A program made the translations under genes and the position numbers. The notes under the pieces are model-generated. The model worked only from the letters and a program-made list of their open reading frames with translations. It was not told the origin of the DNA and did not search any database. Of a stretch of DNA of 64,000 nucleotides, positions 19,722 through 28,293 are shown one piece after another (the stretch's first letter is position 1; each line of letters starts with the position of its first letter). The stretch is from NCBI GenBank assembly GCA_035411425.1, contig DAONSX010000003.1:27534-91533 (forward strand), read 5' to 3'. This DNA comes from Bacteroidales bacterium. GTDB taxonomy: Bacteria > Bacteroidota > Bacteroidia > Bacteroidales > TTA-H9.

Positions 19722-19759
19722 ATTCCAACTTTGATTTACTCGCTAAACTTTACACACTT

Positions 19760-21007
19760 ATGGCTATTTTAAAACCATTCAAAGGACTTAGACCTCCAAA
19801 AGAAATCGCACATCTTGTAGCTGCGCGACCTTACGATGTACTCAATTCAAATGAAGCTCGTGAGGAAGCCAGAGGAAACCCTTATTCTTTGCTGCATATC
19901 ACAAAACCGGAGATCGACCTGCCCATGGGCACCGATGAACATGCACCGGAAGTATATCAAAAAGCCTCTGAAAACTTCCGCATGTTCAGGCAAAAAGACT
20001 GGCTTGTGCCCGACGAGAGGGATCTTCTATACATCTATGCTCAAACCATGGACGGTCGTACACAATATGGAATTGTGGGATGCGCCGCCGTTGACGATTA
20101 CTTCAATGGCGTTATCAAACGGCACGAACTCACACGAAAAGACAAGGAAGAAGACCGAATGAAACACGTAATGATCACGAATGCTAATCTCGAACCCGTC
20201 TTCTTTACTTATCCTGCCGTAAATGAAATAGATAAAATCGTAGACAAAATCGTAAAATCAACCGAGCCAGTTTACGATTTTATTGCCCCCGATGGAATTG
20301 GACATCATTTTTGGCTTATCGAAAGCGACGAAACTATTCAAGAAATAGTTCGGCTTTTTGCCAAAATTCCGAATACCTACGTCGCCGATGGGCACCACCG
20401 TACGGCTGCTGCTGCTCTCGTTGGAGCCGAAAAAAGAAAAATGAATCCCAATCATAGAGGCGACGAAGAATATAACTTCTTCATGGCAGTTCATTTCCCC
20501 GACAATCAACTGAGAATCATCGACTACAACCGAGTAGTAAAAGATTTGAACGGTTTGTCGAAAGAAGAATTCATTGAAAAAATCAAACAACATTTTGTAA
20601 TTGCCGAGAAAGGCCAGCAACCTTACAAACCTTTTCACCTTCATGAATTCAGCATGTATCTCGACGGAACATGGTATTCCTTAGAAGCCCTCGGACATAC
20701 TTACAATGAGAATGATCCAATCGAAGTTCTCGACGTAACCATTCTAAGCCGCTATGTTCTCGACGAAATCTTAGGAATCAAGGATCTGCGTACCGATAAA
20801 CGCATCGACTTTGTGGGAGGCATCAGAGGAATGCAGGAATTGAGCCGGCGGGTCGACAGCGGTGAAATGGCCGTCGCTTTTGCCTTATATCCCGTTACGC
20901 TAAAACAACTTATTGCTATAGCCGATTCAGGTAAGATTATGCCTCCAAAAACTACCTGGTTCGAACCTAAATTACGCTCAGGCCTCGTAGTTCATCTGCT
21001 CGACTGA
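19760..21007 (+). CDS. DUF1015 domain-containing protein
   Basis: N-terminus MAILKPFKGLRP...VAARPYDV and internal YVADGHHRTAAA are hallmark DUF1015 motifs. 415 aa. Confidence 0.85.
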   Translation: MAILKPFKGLRPPKEIAHLVAARPYDVLNSNEAREEARGNPYSLLHITKPEIDLPMGTDEHAPEVYQKASENFRMFRQKDWLVPDERDLLYIYAQTMDGRTQYGIVGCAAVDDYFNGVIKRHELTRKDKEEDRMKHVMITNANLEPVFFTYPAVNEIDKIVDKIVKSTEPVYDFIAPDGIGHHFWLIESDETIQEIVRLFAKIPNTYVADGHHRTAAAALVGAEKRKMNPNHRGDEEYNFFMAVHFPDNQLRIIDYNRVVKDLNGLSKEEFIEKIKQHFVIAEKGQQPYKPFHLHEFSMYLDGTWYSLEALGHTYNENDPIEVLDVTILSRYVLDEILGIKDLRTDKRIDFVGGIRGMQELSRRVDSGEMAVAFALYPVTLKQLIAIADSGKIMPPKTTWFEPKLRSGLVVHLLD

Positions 21008-21074
21008 TTTTTAGCAGAAATCCTTGCTCATTATCCTAATTTATAAGTAACTCATTCGATCTTATAATACAACT

Positions 21075-21115
21075 AATAGAGTCCTAACCCTCCAGTATGG
21101 GCTCTATTTTTTATT
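21075..21115 (+). terminator. Rho-independent terminator
   Basis: 10-bp stem aatagagtcc / ggggctctatt-type pairing (21075-21084 with 21099-21108, one G-U pair), a 14-nt loop, then ttttatt. Confidence 0.6.
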
Positions 21116-21295
21116 CTTATTCATTATCCCTCCTCGATTCTTTATGGTTATTTTTATGAATGGAATATGAACCTTTCAAACGTTGTATTGTTAATTCATT
21201 AACAAAAGAAAATCATCAATATTTCTTTTAATTTTCAGTAAAAAGAATCAGAAATCAATTAATTTTAGATTTCAATTTTAAAAACAGGAGGAAAT

Positions 21296-22048
21296 ATGAA
21301 CAGATTATCGGATAAAGTAGCCATAATAACGGGAGCTGCCAGAGGCATGGGCAAAGAAGAAGCCAAGTTATTTGCCAAAGAAGGAGCCAAGGTAGTTGTG
21401 GCCGACATCATTGAAAATGAAGCCATAGAAGTAGCCAAAGAAATCGCCGAGAATGGGGGCGAAGCCATGGCATGTAAACTCGACGTTTCCAATGCAAAAA
21501 ACTGGGAACGAATGGTAGAGGAGATAAGCAATAAATGGGGCAAGATTGATATTCTTGTCAACAATGCAGGAATCCTTAGCCTGGCAGGCGTTGAAGAGGC
21601 TACTGAAGAACAATGGGACAAGGTAATGGCCGTCAATGCCAAAGGCAATTTCCTGGGAGTAAAGTATGTATTGCCTGTCATGAAAAAAGCTCAAAAAGGC
21701 TCTATTATCAATATTTCATCTATTTATGGGCTGATTGGTTCTGGAGCTGCTGCAGCTTACCATGCTTCGAAAGGAGCAGTTCGGTTATTTACCAAAACTA
21801 TTGCCGCCGAATTAGCCAAATACAACATCCGTGTGAATTCCATTCATCCGGGAGTGATTAGAACAGCCATGACCGATGAATTACTGAAGGACCCGGCAAA
21901 TACCAAGAATCTTCTCGGAACCACCATATTAGGAAGGCCTGCAGAAGCTATCGAAGTAGCTTATGGCGCCTTATTCCTCGCTTCAGATGAATCATCTTAC
22001 ATGACCGGCTCTGAATTGGTAATCGACGGTGGTTACACCGCTCTGTAA
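21296..22048 (+). CDS. Short-chain dehydrogenase/reductase (SDR) family oxidoreductase
   Basis: TGAARGMGKEEA cofactor-binding motif, NNAG, and the catalytic YHASKGA. 250 aa. AGGAGG precedes the ATG. Confidence 0.9.
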   Translation: MNRLSDKVAIITGAARGMGKEEAKLFAKEGAKVVVADIIENEAIEVAKEIAENGGEAMACKLDVSNAKNWERMVEEISNKWGKIDILVNNAGILSLAGVEEATEEQWDKVMAVNAKGNFLGVKYVLPVMKKAQKGSIINISSIYGLIGSGAAAAYHASKGAVRLFTKTIAAELAKYNIRVNSIHPGVIRTAMTDELLKDPANTKNLLGTTILGRPAEAIEVAYGALFLASDESSYMTGSELVIDGGYTAL

Positions 22049-22353
22049 AATTTAGGGGCAATGAGAAAGTTATGCTCTACAACTCTCATATTGCCCGTTC
22101 CACCTAATCGATGCAATAACCTCAGGATGGCAGTGTCTGTCTACTAATCTGGCCGATTCGTTTCAATCAATCTAGATGGAATTTCGAACCCCTGGGTAAA
22201 TGTCATACTTCTAATATACAGGCCTAAAAATACCATCTTTCAGAAATCCGCACACTTCTTTTTAAAAACAGATAAACCGTTTGTCGAAATAGTTAGCAGT
22301 TGATTTCCTATATCGACAAATGGCAAAACATAGGAATACGAACCAAAATCAAA

Positions 22354-22368
22354 AGGTTTTGAAAACCT
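22354..22368 (-). terminator. Weak hairpin plus T-run downstream of the parA-parB-DUF5683 operon
   Basis: On the minus strand aggtt/aacct pair, followed by tttgatttt. The stem is short and AT-rich. Confidence 0.3.
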
Positions 22369-22378
22369 GATTTCTGTT

Positions 22379-22963
22379 TTATCGCAGAGGAATTTTGTAA
22401 GTAAATCCGAAAGAAGGAGAAATAAAGGGAGAACTATTGGCAATAGGAGGAGAAGGCGCAATAAGGCCCATGCTCAAATTTTCAGAAATATCGAAAGATG
22501 AAAGGTGAGCATCTACACTAGCATCTACGGCATTTAAAATATAGATGAATCCGGCGATAATGTAACTGAGTTCCATGTTTCGACGGTAATAATCTCTTTG
22601 AACGCGTAGCTGATCGGCAGTATATTTCACCGCATAATCGTTGGGTGGGTCGCCTGTAAGGTTGTTAATCTTGAAGTTATAGGCATCTTTAAACTTGTGA
22701 TATTCATCTCCATTGATGATGGCAAAATATCCGGTTGCTGCAAAGCCAGTGTATATGATGGGAATTTTCCAGTACTTATGATTATAAGCCTGTCCCATAC
22801 CCGGTAAAACCAACGATAATATGGTAGCCGTTCGGGGAGAGCGTGATGGTCGAACTCGAACAACAGTATCCTGCTGGGCTGAGCATATAGAAGGGAATAA
22901 AAACAAAATACAAAGGAAGAGAATTACATTTCTGAATCCTGCCATAGAAAGAAAGTTTGGCAT
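22379..22963 (-). CDS. DUF5683 domain-containing membrane protein
   Basis: Signal peptide, then LSLVLPGMGQAYNHKYWKIPIIY. It sits immediately after parB, as is usual in Bacteroidota. Confidence 0.75.
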   Translation of the reverse strand: MPNFLSMAGFRNVILFLCILFLFPSICSAQQDTVVRVRPSRSPRTATILSLVLPGMGQAYNHKYWKIPIIYTGFAATGYFAIINGDEYHKFKDAYNFKINNLTGDPPNDYAVKYTADQLRVQRDYYRRNMELSYIIAGFIYILNAVDASVDAHLSSFDISENLSMGLIAPSPPIANSSPFISPSFGFTYKIPLR

Positions 22964-22967
22964 GGAG

Positions 22968-23873
22968 TTACTGCAGGAGCGAAACGATTTTCCGAAACTC
23001 CTCGTCGTTGTCGAATCGGATGATGATTTGTCCCTTGCCTTTAGCGTTACGGTTTATTTGAACCTCAGATCCAAACTTTTCGGCAAGATGGTCTTTGACA
23101 GATCGATATGAATCGGGCAGGACAGGTTTTTCGTTGGGTAATTTTTTAATTTCCGTTTCCTGACTTACCTGGGCTTTTTTCAAATCGCGCACCCATTGTT
23201 CAACCTGGCGGACAGAAAGGTCGTGATCGATAATTTCTTTCAGAATTATCAATTGATCTTCGATATCTTCGACGTTGATGATTGCCCGAGCGTGTCCCAT
23301 GCTGATTTGGACATCGCGAATGGCTATTTGAACCTCGGGAGGAAGTTTTAACAGGCGGGTATAATTAACGACCGTGGAGCGGTTTTGACCTACCTTGCTG
23401 GCCACATCATTGACAGGAATTCCCACTTCTTCGATGAGTCGCTGATAGCTCATGGCTATTTCCAGTGGGTTCAGGTCGTCGCGATGAATATTTTCCACGA
23501 GTGCCATTTCGAGCATTTCCTCGTCATTGGCAATACGGATGTAAGCAGGTATCTTTTCGAGGCCAGCCATCTTAGAAGCTCTAAGCCTGCGCTCGCCTGT
23601 AATCAATTGATACTTATCGTATCCCATTTTTCTGACGGTAATGGGTTGAATGATGCCCTGCTGGTGAATGGATTCGGCCAATTCGTTCAAAGAGGCTTCT
23701 TCGAATTCAGATCTTGGTTGAAAAGGATTAGCTTCGATTTTATCAATTTCGATTTCGGCTATGGCTCCTGCCACAAATTCTCCCGAAATATCTCTCGAAG
23801 TAATATCGGTTTCGGGACTCTGCAATATTGCGCTCAGCCCTCGCCCCAAGGCCGATTTCTTATTAGTTGTCAT
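22968..23873 (-). CDS. parB: Chromosome partitioning protein ParB (Spo0J)
   Basis: LGRGLSAIL, the ParB box QPRSEF...IIQPITVRK...YQLITGERRLRASKMAG, and an HTH region. Overlaps the end of parA by 11 nt. Confidence 0.95.
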   Translation of the reverse strand: MTTNKKSALGRGLSAILQSPETDITSRDISGEFVAGAIAEIEIDKIEANPFQPRSEFEEASLNELAESIHQQGIIQPITVRKMGYDKYQLITGERRLRASKMAGLEKIPAYIRIANDEEMLEMALVENIHRDDLNPLEIAMSYQRLIEEVGIPVNDVASKVGQNRSTVVNYTRLLKLPPEVQIAIRDVQISMGHARAIINVEDIEDQLIILKEIIDHDLSVRQVEQWVRDLKKAQVSQETEIKKLPNEKPVLPDSYRSVKDHLAEKFGSEVQINRNAKGKGQIIIRFDNDEEFRKIVSLLQ

Positions 23874-24678
23874 GGAAATTCAAGTTATTTTGATTTAATG
23901 GGGAATGTTTGGTAAGGTTATTTTTCTGCAGAATTTCTCTGGCCAGATTCAGATGGTTTGCAGTTCCAACGCAATCGGCATCAAACATGATGATTGACTG
24001 GCCGAAACTGGGAGCTTCGCTCAAGCGTGTATTTCTATTGATGATGGTGTCGAAGACCATGGTTTGAAAGTGCATCTTTACTTCTTCGACAACCTGCCGA
24101 GCAAGCCTCAAACGGCCATCATACATGGTAAGCAATATCCCTTCAATGTCGAGATTGGTGTTAAGGCGCGATTGAACGATTTTTATGGTATTCAGAAGCT
24201 TTCCGAGGCCCTCGAGGGCAAAATATTCGCATTGAACCGGGATAATGACCGAATCGGCAGCTACCAATGCATTCACCGTAATCAAACCCAGCGAAGGAGA
24301 ACAATCGATAAAGATAAAGTCATAAGAATCTTTAATGGGAGACAGAACTTTCCGCATCATTTTTTCTCTGTTGGGCAGGTTGATCATTTCGATTTCTGCA
24401 CCCACCAGATCGATATGTGCAGGGATGAGATCGAGATTGGGGGTTTCGGTTGTCAAAATGATCTTAGCCGCATCGATATCGCCAATAATGCATTCGTATA
24501 TGCTAGAAGTAATATTACGAGGATCGAAACCAAGGCCAGAGGTGGCATTTGCCTGAGGGTCAGCATCTACCAATAAAGTTTTGAATTCCAATACGGCCAG
24601 GCTGGCTCCCAGATTGATCGCCGTCGTCGTTTTGCCTACACCACCTTTTTGGTTCGCAATTGCGATAATTTTACCCAT
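23863..24678 (-). CDS. parA: Chromosome partitioning ATPase ParA (Soj)
   Basis: Deviant Walker A KIIAIANQKGGVGKTTTAINL, then DADPQANATSGLG and IPVQCEYFALEGL. Confidence 0.95.
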   Translation of the reverse strand: MGKIIAIANQKGGVGKTTTAINLGASLAVLEFKTLLVDADPQANATSGLGFDPRNITSSIYECIIGDIDAAKIILTTETPNLDLIPAHIDLVGAEIEMINLPNREKMMRKVLSPIKDSYDFIFIDCSPSLGLITVNALVAADSVIIPVQCEYFALEGLGKLLNTIKIVQSRLNTNLDIEGILLTMYDGRLRLARQVVEEVKMHFQTMVFDTIINRNTRLSEAPSFGQSIIMFDADCVGTANHLNLAREILQKNNLTKHSPLNQNNLNFHDN

Positions 24679-24722
24679 AAAAATATATTCGAGAAATGGA
24701 ACTTTCCATCAGCAAAATTAAA

Positions 24723-24730
24723 CAAATATA
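24723..24730 (-). promoter_or_regulatory. Bacteroidota-type -7 promoter box (TAnnTTTG) for parA
   Basis: The minus strand reads TATATTTG, 44 nt upstream of the parA ATG at 24678. Confidence 0.4.
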
Positions 24731-24807
24731 TGTCTGCTTTACCTAAAATTAGGCTATCCTATCGGCTGATTCAATGTAACAAACTGATTGATAATTTATT
24801 TACTTGT

Positions 24808-25140
24808 TCAGGGGGAATCTTTTGAGCCGAAAGCATTCGGTGGAGAAGGGAAATTCGAAATGTCAGGATGTCGTTTGAGATAATCCTTCAGAAATTTCTC
24901 CACTTCCCGAAAAGAATTCATGAAATTATCCATATCTTCGGAAAATACGATAACCCTATTGCGCTCATAATAAAACTTGCCATTGCGGTTGTTGAACTTG
25001 CGTTTGCTCTCGGTCAAAGTCAAAACAAGATTGTTTTCGCTGGATTTTACATCGAGGTAATATCGTCTATTCCTTGCTATGATGGTTCTTGAAAATAAAT
25101 CTAAGTAACCTTTGTTTGTTTTTTCTCTTTCATTCATCAT
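24808..25140 (-). CDS. DUF3276 / PUR-alpha-like nucleic-acid-binding protein
   Basis: 110 aa. The motif RRYYLDVKSSENNLVLTLTESKRKF...FYYERNRVIVFSEDMDNF is typical of DUF3276. Confidence 0.7.
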   Translation of the reverse strand: MMNEREKTNKGYLDLFSRTIIARNRRYYLDVKSSENNLVLTLTESKRKFNNRNGKFYYERNRVIVFSEDMDNFMNSFREVEKFLKDYLKRHPDISNFPSPPNAFGSKDSP

Positions 25141-25280
25141 TTTAATTACTTATAATTTTAATGAGACAAAAATAGTGGGATGAATCCCGACATGCAAAAT
25201 TTTCCATTAAAAATTTAGATTAAGATTTAGAAACAGAAATTCCGAGGTTCTCGATTGTTGTGAGCCACTTGATAATGATG

Positions 25281-25288
25281 TATTTTTG
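25281..25288 (+). promoter_or_regulatory. Bacteroidota-type -7 promoter box (TAnnTTTG)
   Basis: TATTTTTG lies 29 nt upstream of the nusB ATG at 25318. Confidence 0.45.
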
Positions 25289-25317
25289 CAGCCGTAAAAA
25301 AATGCTCCTTCTCAAAC

Positions 25318-26442
25318 ATGCTTACACGACGTCATCTTAGAATCAAGGTTTTGCAAGCTTTATATGCCTATTTCCAGTCTGATAATCATGAGATAGACCT
25401 TGCTGAGAAGCAATTATTCAGCAGCATCCAGCATATTTACGATCTTGCTATTTATCAAATTTCTTTCTTATTGAATTTATCGAGATTTGCTGAAGAACGT
25501 CTGGAAGATGCCAAATTAAAATTCAGACCCAATGAGGAAGATTTGAACCCCAATACTCGTTTTATCGAAAATGCTTTCTTAAAAAAACTCGAGAGCAATC
25601 AGAGCCTGATGAAGCATATTCAGAAGATAAAAATTTCATGGACAGAGTATGAAGATGTTACCAGAAGAATTTACAAAACCTTGAGATCGTCGAAAGAATA
25701 TCAGGAATATATGGCAAAATCTCAAATCAGTTTTCGTGAGGATAAAGATTTCATTGTTCATATATTTAATCGGTTGATTGTTTCTGATATTGGATTGCAA
25801 GCCATTTTCGAAGAAAAGAACATTTTCTGGACCAATGATATCCACGAAGAGACCATTTTACTCAACAAAGAAATTCTGGCTTCGGAAAATTCCGATCATC
25901 TGGCCGATAGAGAAATACTTCTGAAAATTTATCGTAAGGAAGGGAATGAAAACGAGGACATTGAGGTGGTATGCCATGAACAAAGTATTTACGAAGCCAA
26001 TGATTATTCCATAGCTGCATGGCTTGCCAATCGCATTCTAAATCATTTAAAAGAGAAATTGGACGAATCGGCTCCGCTTCCACCCTTGCTGAAAACTTCT
26101 GACATTACCGAGGAAAACGACAGGGAGTTCCTGTTGGGTCTTTTTCGAAAAACAATTCTTCATGATGAAGATTACGATGAATATATTAGTGAAAAGATTA
26201 TCAACTGGGATCTCGAACGAATTGCCATCATGGATGCCATAATATTGAAAATGGCTATTACCGAAATCCTCGAATTCCCCTATATTCCAATCAAGGTGAG
26301 TATGAACGAATACATTGAACTGGCAAAAATCTACAGTACACCTCGCAGCAGCCAGTTTATCAATGGGATGCTCGATAAGATCGTCGATTCGCTGAAGGAA
26401 AAGAATCTGATAAAAAAATCAGGCCGGGGACTTTTGGAGTAA
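25318..26442 (+). CDS. nusB: Transcription antitermination factor NusB (long Bacteroidota form)
   Basis: N-terminal RRHLRIKVLQALYAY and a C-terminal NusB core WDLERIAIMDAIILKMAITEIL...P..V..NEYIELAK.YS...S..FINGMLDKI. Confidence 0.85.
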   Translation: MLTRRHLRIKVLQALYAYFQSDNHEIDLAEKQLFSSIQHIYDLAIYQISFLLNLSRFAEERLEDAKLKFRPNEEDLNPNTRFIENAFLKKLESNQSLMKHIQKIKISWTEYEDVTRRIYKTLRSSKEYQEYMAKSQISFREDKDFIVHIFNRLIVSDIGLQAIFEEKNIFWTNDIHEETILLNKEILASENSDHLADREILLKIYRKEGNENEDIEVVCHEQSIYEANDYSIAAWLANRILNHLKEKLDESAPLPPLLKTSDITEENDREFLLGLFRKTILHDEDYDEYISEKIINWDLERIAIMDAIILKMAITEILEFPYIPIKVSMNEYIELAKIYSTPRSSQFINGMLDKIVDSLKEKNLIKKSGRGLLE

Positions 26443-26458
26443 ACCTTCAGGAGGCCTT

Positions 26459-27094
26459 CTACTTTCGACCGAAATCGGCTGGATTTTCTCCCCATTGTTC
26501 GGTATCCCATTTCAAGATTTGGTTATCCCATTCGTTGTTTTGCAGCCAATTTTCGGCGCGTATTATAAGCTCGAACAAATATTTATTGTTTTCATTTTCA
26601 GTCAATTTAGTTTTAGCTTTTCGATTCTTTATCCATTGCATGGCATTGCGGGAATCGGAGTAAATGGGCAGGTTCAAACCCTTCTTCTTGCACATTGCCA
26701 AGGCATGAACAATAGCAAGGAACTCCCCAATATTATTGGTTCCATCCTTGAAAGGCCCTTGATGGAAAAGCTGTCTCCGGCTTGCAGTATCCACACCTTG
26801 GTATTCGAGAAGCCCCGGATTACCCGAACAAGCCGCATCGACACAAATGCTCGGTAAAATAATCTCAGAGCTGACAATTTCTTTATGATCTTCGTCCTCT
26901 CGAGATGGCTCACTCGGTTTGATATATTTTTCGGGGGATTGGGCGAATGCCTCTCTGGCAGATTCCTCATCATAAAAACCCTTGTAAAATGCTCCTTGAA
27001 AACCTTTCACTCTTTCCAGGCATTCTTCCCAGGAATCCACAACTCCTGGCTGCGTTCCCCTCCAGATTACATAATATTTATATTTCTTCTTCAT
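26459..27094 (-). CDS. rnhA: Ribonuclease HI with an N-terminal hybrid-binding (RNase H1 N-terminal / viroplasmin-like) domain
   Basis: N-terminal YYVIWRGTQPGVVDSWEECLERVKGFQGAFYKGF. The RNase H core includes VDAACSGNPG..EY and TNNIGEFLAIVHAL. Confidence 0.85.
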   Translation of the reverse strand: MKKKYKYYVIWRGTQPGVVDSWEECLERVKGFQGAFYKGFYDEESAREAFAQSPEKYIKPSEPSREDEDHKEIVSSEIILPSICVDAACSGNPGLLEYQGVDTASRRQLFHQGPFKDGTNNIGEFLAIVHALAMCKKKGLNLPIYSDSRNAMQWIKNRKAKTKLTENENNKYLFELIIRAENWLQNNEWDNQILKWDTEQWGENPADFGRK

Positions 27095-27475
27095 TCTATC
27101 GTATTATGAACTTAAAACATTAAAAAAACAGCTTATTCATCACTTCATTAGGTACAAATATTTCGTTATTACCGAAAAACAAACGAAACCCTTTCACCAC
27201 TTTCAATAAAAGGCATTCGAAAGTAACATAACTGGTTATCATTTCATATTGAATACAAAATTAGGACAATCTCATCGAAAAATAACGAAATGTTCCGAGG
27301 GAAGAATTATACCCACATATTTTTATTAAAAAATTCGACAGATCTGTTATCTCGATACACCCCGATGGAGTACTTGACGATCGATGGATAATAGGTGGCC
27401 AAACAGGGCTGAGCTTGTCGAAGCCCGTATCGTTGCCATAATAAATCAATTTCGTGTGCTCTGCTATTTTGGTTT

Positions 27476-27529
27476 CTTTCTCTTTCTCTTTCTCTTTCTC
27501 TTTCTCTTTCTCTTTCTCTTTCTCTTTCT
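27476..27529. repeat. Perfect hexanucleotide microsatellite (CTTTCT)x9 within a 118-nt G-free polypyrimidine tract (27473-27590)
   Basis: Counted directly: nine uninterrupted CTTTCT units. The + strand has no G between 27473 and 27590. Located in the 705-nt divergent intergenic region. Confidence 0.95.
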
Positions 27530-27763
27530 CTATCCCCTTCCCTATCCCTATCTCACTTTTTCCTATTTTTTCTTTTTATCTAAAATTCAAGGATAGAATG
27601 AATTCTTTTTATTATATTTTATTGTAATCCAAATTATTACATCATATTATTCTATTGACCGTTGTCAGAATCTCCACACTAATAATAAATTTGAGTTAAA
27701 CCTTGTGATAGAAGGAAATTTCGAAAGGATAAAGATGACTCTGGTTGGTTGTTATGTTCTGAC

Positions 27764-27771
27764 TAATTTTG
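27764..27771 (+). promoter_or_regulatory. Bacteroidota-type -7 promoter box (TAnnTTTG)
   Basis: TAATTTTG lies 28 nt upstream of the ATG at 27800. Confidence 0.45.
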
Positions 27772-27799
27772 CACCATAATCAATAAATCTCAAGAAAGA

Positions 27800-28285
27800 A
27801 TGATATCAATTGATTCTGTTAAGCTTATCGAAACCATGCTGGCTCCGGGTATTATGATTTCGGCCTGTGGACTACTTTTATTAGGCATTCACAATAAATA
27901 CAGCATTGTAGTAAATCGCATCCGGGTACTCGAAGAAGAAAAGCGAAGCCTCATTCCTGGTTTTGTGGAAAAAACCCTGAATATATACCAAAGCAAGCGT
28001 TTAGAATCCATTCAGTCGCAAATTGTTCGTTTCGAATACAGAGTGAAACTCATTCGCAATGTAGTGTTTTTTTACACCTTGTCAGTAGCCTTGTTTGTAC
28101 TGAGTTCATTGAGCATTGGGTTGAGCTATATTATCGAGAGCAGATGGGCTGAATCCTTTTCTATGGCTTTCTTCCTGGCAGGTATGATTAGCGTATTGAT
28201 AGGAATTATTTTTGCTGCCCGTGAAGTATGGAAGGGATATGAAATTGTTCAGATAGAAGTGCAGGAAAGTAGAATTCCGGAATAA
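27800..28285 (+). CDS. DUF2721-like small membrane protein
   Basis: 161 aa with an N-terminal TM segment (LAPGIMISACGLLLLGI), a charged amphipathic middle and two C-terminal TM segments. The DUF2721 assignment is from memory of that layout. Confidence 0.55.
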   Translation: MISIDSVKLIETMLAPGIMISACGLLLLGIHNKYSIVVNRIRVLEEEKRSLIPGFVEKTLNIYQSKRLESIQSQIVRFEYRVKLIRNVVFFYTLSVALFVLSSLSIGLSYIIESRWAESFSMAFFLAGMISVLIGIIFAAREVWKGYEIVQIEVQESRIPE

Positions 28286-28293
28286 ACCCAAAA

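Noticed and set aside
21265-21694. 138-aa and 108-aa minus-strand ORFs overlapping the SDR gene
   Set aside because: They are antisense to a CDS with clear SDR motifs (TGAARGMG, YHASK). The Ala/Ser/Leu-rich translation is typical of the reverse frame of a GC-richer gene.
22160-22205. tRNA-like fragment (ggaatttcgaacccctgg resembles a T-arm GGTTCGAA motif), considered as a possible tRNA or integration-site remnant
   Set aside because: I could not fold a complementary T-stem, acceptor stem or anticodon arm. No integrase or direct repeat is nearby.
23385-24576. Long + strand ORFs (176 aa at 23385-23915; 170 aa at 24064-24576) opposite parB and parA
   Set aside because: They are fully antisense to genes with unmistakable ParA/ParB motifs. 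Their translations are low-complexity with no recognisable motifs. These are typical shadow ORFs.
27340-27460. GC-richer patch (ggtggccaaacagggctgagcttgtcgaagccc...) with a vaguely similar patch at 48348-48400 (ggtggccaggtggatcgtcagagcgtatcgaggccgc), considered as a small RNA or repeat family
   Set aside because: The similarity is limited to a few short strings. I could identify no convincing conserved secondary structure or known ncRNA signature (SRP, 6S, tmRNA, RNase P, riboswitch cores). A covariance-model scan (Rfam/Infernal) would be the decisive test.
27384-27596. 70-aa ORF whose translation contains FLFLFLFLFLFLFLFLFLF
   Set aside because: It is simply the (CTTTCT)9 microsatellite read in frame. 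It has no start context and is not a gene.
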